From positions 1 through 64,000 of the forward strand of contig JBPRGF010000017.1 of assembly GCA_051418015.1 (NCBI GenBank): 64,000 bases of DNA. Direction: 5' to 3'. The position numbers and the translations under genes were made by a program. Source of the stretch: Candidatus Nitrospinota bacterium M3_3B_026 (GTDB lineage Bacteria > Nitrospinota_A > UBA7883 > JBPRGF01). Below the pieces are notes generated by a model. That model was given only the letters and a program-made list of their open reading frames with translations, had not been told where the DNA came from and searched no databases. Positions 50,449-58,933 of this stretch are shown here, one piece after another (position 1 is the stretch's first letter; each line of letters starts with the position of its first letter).

Positions 50449-52860
50449 ATGGGCAACTTCTCCGATGAGCAAAGAGAAATAATACTGGAGTTCGTCCAGG
50501 AAAGCCTCGACACGATAGAGCAGCTCGAGCCCACCATAATAGAACTCGGCCAGAAAGCGGGCGACCCGCAGGTTCTGAACGTCATTTTCCGCCTTTTCCA
50601 CTCCATGAAAGGCACCGCCTCCTTCCTTGAGCTAAAAAACATAGCGAACGTCTCCCACGCCGCGGAAAACCTCCTCGACCTCATCAGGTCCGGCGAGATA
50701 GAGATGAAAAGCCCCGACCACGTGAACCTTCTCATCGAGACTTCGGACTTCGCCAAGGAGGCCCTGGGCTATGTCGAGGCGAATCTCGAGGACGAGGGGA
50801 TGTCCGTCGCGGCCGGGGAGCTTTCGTCCAGGATCCAGAAGGCGATAGCCGAAGCCAGCGAGACCGGAGAAGAGGCGAAAGAGGAAAAGAAGGAAGAGCC
50901 TCCCGTGATAAAGCTCGATGAGGACGAAAAGGCCGGGGAGGAAGAGCGGGCCGCCACGGAGGAGCAGCGGGTGGAGCCCCCGGCGGAAAGGGACAAAGGG
51001 TTCGCCATCAACCCCGACATGGTCGAGCGGTTCGTCCAGGAAAGTGACGAGCTGCTCCAGGACATAGAGCAGGGGCTTCTCGCCTGGCTGGACGACCCCG
51101 GGAACAAGGAGATAGTCGCCGAGCTTTTCCGCAACTTCCATAGCTTCAAGGGCAACTGCGGCTTCTTCGGCTATTTGGATCTGGAGAGGCTCTCGCACAG
51201 GATCGAGACGGTGCTGGACGACGTAAAACGGGACGAGCCGATCGGCAAAAACAGCGCCGCGGAGCTTCTGCTGCAGCTGAAGGACGTCCTGCGCGACGGC
51301 GTCGCGGACATCTCCGAGGGCGGAGAGGGGAACATTGAGGCCCTCCACATCTATATGAACCTCCTCGAGGACCTTGCGCCCAAGAGGCGCGCCAGGGACG
51401 AGGGGAAAAAGGCCGGTGCGGAAAAAGGGTTGAAGGGGATAGAAATCCCTAAAAGACTCGGGGAGATACTGATCGAGGAGGGCATGGTCACGGAAGAGGA
51501 CCTGGAGAAGGCCCTCCAGACCCAGCTGAAGCCTGTGGGCGAAATCCTGGTGGACATGGGCGCCACTACCGACAAGGACGTTCAAACGGCCCTGGACAGG
51601 CAGGAAAAAAAGAAAGCCGAGCCGCCGCCCAAGACGGAGGAGAAAGCCCCGCGCGCCGTGAAACGGCAGGACATCAGGGTGGACCTGGTCAAGCTCGACA
51701 ACCTGATAAACCTGATCGGGGAGCTTGTTATAGCGGAGAACATGCTGGTCTCGAACCCCGACCTGGATGGGCTGGAGCTCGAGAACTTTCATAAGGCCGC
51801 CCAGCAGACCTCCAAGATAGTCCGCGAGCTTCAGGAGATGGCCATGGTCATAAGGATGATCCCCGTCTCCGGCCTGTTCCGGCGCATGATACGGCTGGTG
51901 CACGATCTTTCCGGCAAGTTCGGAAAAAAGGTGGAGCTCAAGATAGACGGCGAGGAGACGGAGGTGGACAAGACCATCATAGAGACCATCACGGACCCTC
52001 TCGTGCACATGATCCGCAACGCCGTCGACCACGGCCTGGAGACGCCGGAAGAGCGCGCCGCCGCCGGCAAGCCGGAGAAGGGGACGATAAAGCTTTCCGC
52101 GAGGCATGAGGAGGGCGAGGTCTGGATAATAGTCGAGGACGACGGCCACGGGCTGGACCGGGAGAAAATACTCGCCAAGGCCCGGGCCCAGGGGCTTATA
52201 GAAGACGACGGCGCCGAAATGCCCGACAAGGCCATCTACAACCTGATCTTCATGCCGGGTTTTTCCACCGCTGAACAAATCTCGGACGTGTCCGGCCGGG
52301 GCGTGGGGATGGACGTGGTAAGGCAGAACCTGGACAAGATAAAGTGCAAGATAGAGATACAAAGCAAGCTGGGCCTCGGCACGCGGTTCATCCTGCGTAT
52401 ACCGCTGACGCTGGCCATAATCGAGGGTATGCTGATAAGGGTTGGTGGCTCGAAGTACATCCTGCCCATCATGTCCATCCGGGAGTCGTTCTGCCCCGAG
52501 CCAGGGGCCATAACCGTATCCACCGACGGGCAGGAGCTGGCGCGGGTACGGGAGGAGTTCATCCCCGTGTTGAGGCTGCACGAGCTTCATAACATAGAGC
52601 CGACCCACAAGGAGCTCACCGACGGGATACTCGTGGTGCTGGACAGCCCCGACGGGGCCGTGGCCCTGTTCGTGGACGAGATACTGGGGCAGCAGCAGAC
52701 AGTCATAAAGGGGCTCTCGAAATACATCACAAAAGTGAACGACGTCCACGGCGTGTCGGGATGCACGATCCTGGGCAACGGCGACGTGTGCCTGATCCTG
52801 GACGTGGGGGGGCTGGTGGAGACCGCCCTGGCGGAAGCCGCCAGGGAGTCCGCGGGCTAG
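50449..52860 (+). CDS. cheA: Chemotaxis kinase CheA with two Hpt domains and a MshEN-like insert
   Basis: FHSMKG and FHSFKG; NLIGELVI; RNAVDHG; DDGHG; SGRGVGMDVV; C-terminal CheW-like domain. Confidence 0.95.
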   Translation: MGNFSDEQREIILEFVQESLDTIEQLEPTIIELGQKAGDPQVLNVIFRLFHSMKGTASFLELKNIANVSHAAENLLDLIRSGEIEMKSPDHVNLLIETSDFAKEALGYVEANLEDEGMSVAAGELSSRIQKAIAEASETGEEAKEEKKEEPPVIKLDEDEKAGEEERAATEEQRVEPPAERDKGFAINPDMVERFVQESDELLQDIEQGLLAWLDDPGNKEIVAELFRNFHSFKGNCGFFGYLDLERLSHRIETVLDDVKRDEPIGKNSAAELLLQLKDVLRDGVADISEGGEGNIEALHIYMNLLEDLAPKRRARDEGKKAGAEKGLKGIEIPKRLGEILIEEGMVTEEDLEKALQTQLKPVGEILVDMGATTDKDVQTALDRQEKKKAEPPPKTEEKAPRAVKRQDIRVDLVKLDNLINLIGELVIAENMLVSNPDLDGLELENFHKAAQQTSKIVRELQEMAMVIRMIPVSGLFRRMIRLVHDLSGKFGKKVELKIDGEETEVDKTIIETITDPLVHMIRNAVDHGLETPEERAAAGKPEKGTIKLSARHEEGEVWIIVEDDGHGLDREKILAKARAQGLIEDDGAEMPDKAIYNLIFMPGFSTAEQISDVSGRGVGMDVVRQNLDKIKCKIEIQSKLGLGTRFILRIPLTLAIIEGMLIRVGGSKYILPIMSIRESFCPEPGAITVSTDGQELARVREEFIPVLRLHELHNIEPTHKELTDGILVVLDSPDGAVALFVDEILGQQQTVIKGLSKYITKVNDVHGVSGCTILGNGDVCLILDVGGLVETALAEAARESAG

Positions 52861-52876
52861 GCGTGGGAACAAAGCC

Positions 52877-53389
52877 ATGAAAGAAAGCGTAAAAGAGATC
52901 GACTGGGCTCTCGACGACCTGGACGACGAGGACACCCTGAAGGACAAGTACCTTTCCTTCCACATAGCCGGGGACGGCTACGGGATAGAAATCCGCCACG
53001 TGACGGAGATCATCGGGGTTCAGAAGATCACGGAGGTGCCCAACACCCCGGACTACATCCTGGGAATCATCAACCTGCGCGGCACCGTGATCCCGGTGAT
53101 CGACGTGAGAATAAGGCTGAACGCCGCGCGCAAGGAGTTCGACGACAGGACGTGCGTCATCGTCGTTAACATGGGCGACGACACGGTGGTGGGCCTGCTG
53201 GTGGACGAGGTCCGGGAAGTCGTGGAAATACCGGAGAACATGGTCGAGCCCCCCCCAAAGGTCAGGAAAGGGGAGGCCAGCAGGTACATACAGGGGATAG
53301 GCAAAGCCGAGGGCGAGGTCTGGATAATCCTCGGCGTGAGAGAACTTTTATTCGACGATGACGGCGAAGAACCCGGCGACGCGGCCTGA
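52877..53389 (+). CDS. cheW: CheW
   Basis: GIINLRGTVIPVID, GLLVDEV. Confidence 0.95.
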   Translation: MKESVKEIDWALDDLDDEDTLKDKYLSFHIAGDGYGIEIRHVTEIIGVQKITEVPNTPDYILGIINLRGTVIPVIDVRIRLNAARKEFDDRTCVIVVNMGDDTVVGLLVDEVREVVEIPENMVEPPPKVRKGEASRYIQGIGKAEGEVWIILGVRELLFDDDGEEPGDAA

Positions 53390-53485
53390 AAGGCAGCCGC
53401 GGGGAGCGGCCTTCGTTATCGATCGCACACCATGGAAACAACGCGTGTGGGGGCGCGAGGTTAACTTCGGACAAAGGGGGAGAGT

Positions 53486-55954
53486 GTGAGAAAGATCCTG
53501 TTTTCGCTGGCTATCATAGCCATGACCGCGGCCGCCGGCGCCGCGCAGGGGGAGAGCCGATCCGCTTCCCCGGAGGACATTTACTTCGAGTTCGTAAACA
53601 CTCCCGTCATGCCCGAGCCTGTCGAGTTGGCCAGCGAAAAGACCCTGAAGACGCTGGAGGAGGACTGGCTCGGGAAGGCCGGGGCTGAAGAGGCAGAGGG
53701 GGCGGAAAAGGCCGCGAAGAAAGGGGAATACTCATCCACGTTCTGGGTGGTCATAATCGCCGTCGCGGTTCTCATAGTCATGCCGCTGGTGGTCTCCTTC
53801 GGCGCGGCGGCCAGGAAGATAAGCCTCAATCTCAAGCTCTATAACAGCCACGGGAGCCTCGTGCTGCTGGCGCTTTTCCTCGGCGTCTCCGGTTACATCT
53901 ATATCAGCGGGGTGTCCCAGGTCACGGACCTCGACGGCAGGTTCCAGCGAATAAACGGAACGGTCAACAAGATATACGCCGCCCAGAACAACTTCCTGCT
54001 CTACGGCGTGAAGGACAAAAAGTACGGCGAATCGCAGCTTGCGGACATAAGCTCGACGCTCGATAGGCTAAAGGCGGCCTTCGCCGCGATCAGAAAAAAT
54101 GAGAGCGTGAAAGAGGGCGACCTGGCCGCCATAAGCTCCATGGAAAAAAGCCTGACAAGTTACAGGAAGAGTCTCGACAAGATCGCCTCGGAGTACAACA
54201 ACATCGAGAGGCTGAAAAAGGAGACCGGACAGACCGTCCTCGACGTGAGCCTGGATCTCACCGAGCTGACCCAGCATTTCAGGGCGACTCTCGACATGCT
54301 CAACATGGAGGGGGCCGCTTATGAGAAGTTGCAGTTCCACACCCTCATGGTAAAACGCCTCACCGGCGCGGAAGGGACCCTGCGGCGGGTGGAGCTTCTG
54401 AAGGCCGATTTCCTGCGCGACAACAACGTGAAGCACGTCAAGGACATGGCCGACTACCTCTCCATGCTCAAGGGCGCCCTGGAGGCGATCCGGACGGGGC
54501 TCCAGTCGGCGGAGGAGAAGTCCCTCTACGAGAGCGTCGCCAAAAGCGTTGACGATTACATAAAGAAACTCAGGAGGCTCGTCCAGGATACGGCCAGCCT
54601 GAACGCCGACCTGGAAACGATGATGGGCCAGATAACCAGGGTCCGCCAGACCACGTCCGAAGTCTCCCGCGGCCTGGGGTCCCGCGCCGCGACGATCACC
54701 AGCGAAGCCAACGCCGCGGCCATGATCCTCATAGCCATGGCCCTGCTGGTGGGGGTCATCCCCACCTTCCTGGTTACACGCTCCATCACCGAGCCGCTGG
54801 CAAGGGTTGTGAAAATGATAAAGGAGATGAGCGCGGGCAGGCTGGACACCAGGCTCAACATCGACAGAGACGACGAGATAGGCCAGATGGCAAAAGCCAT
54901 GGACAGTTTCGCGGATGATCTCCAGTTCGGAGTGGTGGGGTCCCTGCAAAAGCTCGCCGAGGGCGATCTGACGATCGAAACCAACCTCAGGGACGAACGG
55001 GACGCGATAATGGGAGCGCTCAAGAGGACGGTGGAGGACCTGAACCGCATCGTGAGCCAGATAAACGCCGCGGGCGACCAGATCGCAGGCGGCGCCGCGC
55101 AGGTGGCGGACTCCAGCAACTCCCTGTCCCAGACCGCGACGGAGCAGGCCGGCTCCATCGAGCAGATAACCAGCGCCATCGAGCAGATCAGCTCGCAGAC
55201 GAAGCTCAACGCCGACAACGCCAAGCAGGCCAACCAGCTGGTCCTTCACACCCGCGAGGCCGCCGAGGACGGCAACAGGCAGATGAAAGACATGCTGACG
55301 GCGATGGAGGAGATAAACGAGTCCGGGGCCAACGTCTCCAAGATAATAAAGGTGATAGACGAGATCGCTTTCCAGACGAACCTGCTGGCCCTCAACGCGG
55401 CCGTGGAGGCGGCGCGGGCCGGCAAGCACGGAAAGGGTTTCGCCGTGGTGGCCGAAGAGGTGAGAAACCTCGCCGCCCGCAGCGCCCAGGCTGCCAGGGA
55501 AACGGCGGAGTTGATCGAAAGCTCCGTGGACAAGGCGCGCAACGGGGCGGATATAGCCGACAGGACAGCCGACTCCCTCTCCCAGATAGTGGGGGAGGTG
55601 ACGAAAGTGACGGACCTTGTCGGGGAGATAGCCTCGGCCTCCGCCGACCAGGCGCGGGGCCTGGAAGAGGTCAACAGGGGTGTGGGGGAGATCGACAAGA
55701 TAGTCCAGCAGAACGCGGCGATAGCCGAGCAAAGCGCCTCCGCGGCGGAGGAGCTTTCCAGCCAGGCGGAAAGCCTGAAGGAGATGCTGTCGCGCTTCCG
55801 GTTGAAAGAGAGCAAAGGGCTGCTGACCGGCGGAACGGAACGGATGGAGCATGACCGGCCGGAGACACCCGCAATGGAGGAAGAGGACGTGAAGCCGTCC
55901 AGCGCGGCCGGGCGGCGGCCAAGCGATATTATATCCCTGGACGAGGACTTCTAG
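53486..55954 (+). CDS. Methyl-accepting chemotaxis protein
   Basis: HAMP (DEIGQMA), [20 protein letters not shown]...[10 protein letters not shown]. Confidence 0.95.
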   Translation: MRKILFSLAIIAMTAAAGAAQGESRSASPEDIYFEFVNTPVMPEPVELASEKTLKTLEEDWLGKAGAEEAEGAEKAAKKGEYSSTFWVVIIAVAVLIVMPLVVSFGAAARKISLNLKLYNSHGSLVLLALFLGVSGYIYISGVSQVTDLDGRFQRINGTVNKIYAAQNNFLLYGVKDKKYGESQLADISSTLDRLKAAFAAIRKNESVKEGDLAAISSMEKSLTSYRKSLDKIASEYNNIERLKKETGQTVLDVSLDLTELTQHFRATLDMLNMEGAAYEKLQFHTLMVKRLTGAEGTLRRVELLKADFLRDNNVKHVKDMADYLSMLKGALEAIRTGLQSAEEKSLYESVAKSVDDYIKKLRRLVQDTASLNADLETMMGQITRVRQTTSEVSRGLGSRAATITSEANAAAMILIAMALLVGVIPTFLVTRSITEPLARVVKMIKEMSAGRLDTRLNIDRDDEIGQMAKAMDSFADDLQFGVVGSLQKLAEGDLTIETNLRDERDAIMGALKRTVEDLNRIVSQINAAGDQIAGGAAQVADSSNSLSQTATEQAGSIEQITSAIEQISSQTKLNADNAKQANQLVLHTREAAEDGNRQMKDMLTAMEEINESGANVSKIIKVIDEIAFQTNLLALNAAVEAARAGKHGKGFAVVAEEVRNLAARSAQAARETAELIESSVDKARNGADIADRTADSLSQIVGEVTKVTDLVGEIASASADQARGLEEVNRGVGEIDKIVQQNAAIAEQSASAAEELSSQAESLKEMLSRFRLKESKGLLTGGTERMEHDRPETPAMEEEDVKPSSAAGRRPSDIISLDEDF

Positions 55955-55967
55955 CCAGATTCGGATA

Positions 55968-55987
55968 AAAACGGGCCCGGCCGTTTT
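55968..55987. terminator. Putative terminator after the MCP gene
   Basis: AAAACGG-GCCCGG-CCGTTTT. Confidence 0.5.
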
Positions 55988-56026
55988 CCGGCCTGCCGTA
56001 CCGAAGACGATTTTTTTCGTGACGAG

Positions 56027-56055
56027 TTGTAAAAAACAAGGAATTTTCATACAAT
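56027..56055 (+). promoter_or_regulatory. Putative sigma70 promoter for cheB
   Basis: TTGTAA-N17-TACAAT in an AT-rich patch. Confidence 0.55.
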
Positions 56056-56170
56056 CGCCCGGATCAGGGCGCGGCCGCGATGGGCGGCTCCAGGGAGTTC
56101 CCCCGCGGACATCGCGGCGAAGTGAGAACCTCCCCGCCGTGAGTCAACATTCTGGCAACGTTTTTCCGCC

Positions 56171-57247
56171 ATGAGAAAAAAAATCCGCGTGCTGGTCGTG
56201 GACGATTCGTCACTGGTGCGCAACATACTTGAAAAAGGCCTCTCCGCCGACCCGGATATAGAGGTGGTCGGCGTCGCGCCTGACCCTTACATAGCAAGGG
56301 ACAAGATAGTCCAGCTCAGCCCCGACGTCCTGACGCTGGACGTGGAGATGCCCAGGATGGACGGAGTGGAGTTTTTGCGAAGGCTCATGCCCCAGTATCC
56401 CCTGCCGGTGGTTATGGTCAGCGCGCTGACCCAGAAGGGCAAGAGGATAACCATCGAAGCGCTGGAGGCCGGGGCGGTCGATTTCGTCACCAAACCGTCG
56501 ACGGACGTGGCGCGAGGGCTCTCGGCGATGCTGGACGACCTGCGGGAAAAGGTGAAGGCCGCCTCGAAAGCCAACGTGTCGAGCTGGCGGAAGGCGGAGC
56601 GCGCCCGCCAGCCCGGGGTCATCTCCGGGACCAGGGCGCTGGCGGAGTCCACGGACAAGGTGATAGCCATAGGCGCCTCCACCGGCGGCACCGAGGCCAT
56701 AAAAAGGGTGCTGGCCCGGTTCCCGAGGAACACGCCGGGGGTGGTGATAGTCCAGCACATGCCGGCGGGGTTCACCAGGACATTCGCCGAACGCCTGAAC
56801 GCCCAGTGCGCCATGGAGGTGAGCGAGGCCGCCGACGGTGAGAGGGTGCTGGCGGGCAAGGCGCTCGTCGCCCCGGGCGACAGGCATATGATGGTGGAAA
56901 GGTCCGGCGGCATCTACAGGGTAAGGGTCAAAGACGGAGAGAAGGTCAGCGGCCACCGGCCCTCCGTGGACATGCTCATGGGCTCCCTGGCCAAAAGCGC
57001 CGGGCCGAACGCTGTCGGGGTCATCCTCACAGGCATGGGCGCCGACGGAGCGCAGGGGCTGCTGGCCATGCGCCGGGCGGGGGCAAGGACCATCGCGCAG
57101 GACAAGGACTCATGCATCGTCTTCGGGATGCCGAAGGTGGCCCATGACGTCGGCGGGGCGGAGCGTCTCCTGCCGCTGGACGCGATAGCCCAGGAGGTCA
57201 TAAAGCTGATCTCCGCCCCCGCGGGAACGCCGGGACGACGCGGCTAG
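56171..57247 (+). CDS. cheB: Chemotaxis methylesterase CheB
   Basis: Receiver (LDVEMP), GASTGG, QHMP, HRPSVD, GMGADG. Confidence 0.96.
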   Translation: MRKKIRVLVVDDSSLVRNILEKGLSADPDIEVVGVAPDPYIARDKIVQLSPDVLTLDVEMPRMDGVEFLRRLMPQYPLPVVMVSALTQKGKRITIEALEAGAVDFVTKPSTDVARGLSAMLDDLREKVKAASKANVSSWRKAERARQPGVISGTRALAESTDKVIAIGASTGGTEAIKRVLARFPRNTPGVVIVQHMPAGFTRTFAERLNAQCAMEVSEAADGERVLAGKALVAPGDRHMMVERSGGIYRVRVKDGEKVSGHRPSVDMLMGSLAKSAGPNAVGVILTGMGADGAQGLLAMRRAGARTIAQDKDSCIVFGMPKVAHDVGGAERLLPLDAIAQEVIKLISAPAGTPGRRG

Positions 57248-58149
57248 AACCCCCGGCTTAAGCCATGGCGCCTGGCCGCCTCCACGGCGGCCTTGTGCTC
57301 GGCGGAGGTGATGGGCCTGTTGATCCGCTCATGCCTGCCGGCCTTGTAAAGGGGGCGCCACTGGTCCATGATATTCACGTAGGTGTTTTTCGATACCTCC
57401 TCGGCCAGAAACCTGAAAATCTCCTCGGACCCGGCGGCGTCGTTCGGCATCACAAGGTGGCGGACCAGCAGGCCCCTGCGGGCTATGCCGCGGAAATCCA
57501 CATCCAGGTCGCCCACCTGCCGATGCATCTCCTTCACCACATCCTTCACCACCTTCGGGTAGTCCGGCGCGGCGGAGTATTCGCGGGCGGCTTCTCTCGA
57601 TGAGTACTTTATATCCGGCATGTAAATGTCCACGATCCCGTCCAGCAGCCTGATGACATCGACGTTTTCGTACCCGCCGCAGTTCCACACCACGGGAAGC
57701 TCCAGCCCCATCCCCGCCGCGATATCCAGCGACTCCACGATCCGGGCGGCGTAATGGGTCGGCGTGACGAAGTTTATGTTGTGGCATCCGCGGTTCTGGA
57801 GCCCGATCATGAGATCGGCCAGCTCCTCCGGAGAGATAAACGACCCCTGGCCGAGATGGCTTATCTCGTAGTTCTGGCAGAAAATACAGCGCAGGTTGCA
57901 ATGAGTCAGAAAGACCGTCCCCGACCCGTAGCGCCCCACCAGCTCCGGCTCCTCGCCGAAGTGGGGGAACACGCTGGAGACCATCAGCTCCGCCGGGGCG
58001 CGGCATACGCCGAGTTCGCCCTTCAGCCTGTTCACATGGCACTTGCGCGCGCAAAGCTCGCAACGCTTCATTATCGCAACGAGCTTTTCGGCGCGTTTTT
58101 GAAGCTCGCCCGCATTGTGGAGGGCAACGTAACCGGGTAGGTATGCCAT
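57244..58149 (-). CDS. Radical SAM protein, PflX-like
   Basis: CELCARKC, HFGEEP, CNLRCIFCQN, DIYMPDIKY. Confidence 0.88.
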   Translation of the reverse strand: MAYLPGYVALHNAGELQKRAEKLVAIMKRCELCARKCHVNRLKGELGVCRAPAELMVSSVFPHFGEEPELVGRYGSGTVFLTHCNLRCIFCQNYEISHLGQGSFISPEELADLMIGLQNRGCHNINFVTPTHYAARIVESLDIAAGMGLELPVVWNCGGYENVDVIRLLDGIVDIYMPDIKYSSREAAREYSAAPDYPKVVKDVVKEMHRQVGDLDVDFRGIARRGLLVRHLVMPNDAAGSEEIFRFLAEEVSKNTYVNIMDQWRPLYKAGRHERINRPITSAEHKAAVEAARRHGLSRGF

Positions 58150-58165
58150 CGTCGCGCCCCGGCGG

Positions 58166-58918
58166 TTAGAAGTCGTACACCAGCGTGACGGAGGTCGTGG
58201 TGTCGGTCTCCTTTTTGTCCGTGGGCGGGGACGAGTTCCACCGTGTGTCCATGGAGAGCTTGAGCGAGAGCGACGAGCCGGAGATGTTCGTCTTGAAAGC
58301 CGTGGCGCCCTCCACCACCGTCCCCCCGGCCCCCGCCACGGAGGATAGCTCCTCGGAAAACTCCGAGGATTCCCCGATCCTCCATTTGAAATCCAGCCCG
58401 GTCAGGAATACGACCTCATCCTCCCGCGACCCGTCATCCAGCAGGCTGTGGCGTCCGCCCGGCCCGGCCTCGACTCTCAAGAGGATGTTCTCCGTCGGCG
58501 CCATCGCCCGCCCCAGTCCCACGGCCTCGTGGACACGGTATTTGTAGCCGCTGAACCTGTCGTTCTCATACCCGGCCTCGACGAAAGCGTGGTCCCGGCG
58601 GGATATCTTGTACGCGGTGTTTAGCGACACCGCGAGCCTCTGGGCGTCGTCGCCTGAGCCGTCGGAGCTTTCGGAGTAATAGGAATCGGCCTTCAGGTTG
58701 TGACGGAGCCTTTCTACTTCGTTCACCACGCGCAGTTTCGTTTTCAGGCTTTTGGTGTTCGTGTTGCCGCTGGTGGCCACGCCGCCGATCTCCACCTCGC
58801 CCTTCCACGGCCTTTGCGCCTCTTCAGGTTCGGCGGCGAGCGAAGCGGACGCCGAGGCCATGACAATCGCGGCGGCGAACGCCGCCGCCAGCGCGGCGAT
58901 AAGGCGGGTGGCTTTCAT
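58166..58918 (-). CDS. DUF481/YdiY outer-membrane beta-barrel
   Basis: Signal peptide, TSGNT, DRFSG, C-terminal LVYDF. Confidence 0.87.
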   Translation of the reverse strand: MKATRLIAALAAAFAAAIVMASASASLAAEPEEAQRPWKGEVEIGGVATSGNTNTKSLKTKLRVVNEVERLRHNLKADSYYSESSDGSGDDAQRLAVSLNTAYKISRRDHAFVEAGYENDRFSGYKYRVHEAVGLGRAMAPTENILLRVEAGPGGRHSLLDDGSREDEVVFLTGLDFKWRIGESSEFSEELSSVAGAGGTVVEGATAFKTNISGSSLSLKLSMDTRWNSSPPTDKKETDTTTSVTLVYDF

Positions 58919-58933
58919 GGCGTCACGATAACC

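Noticed and set aside
50632..56050. Long antisense ORFs (777 aa, 660 aa; similar ones at 7259-9130, 39578-41560, 60020-61654)
   Set aside because: Shadow frames opposite well-supported genes, expected from high-GC codon bias; no recognisable motifs
56153..56168. TGGCAAC-GTTT-TTCC as a sigma54 promoter for cheB
   Set aside because: Lacks the invariant GC at -12 and is too close to the start codon
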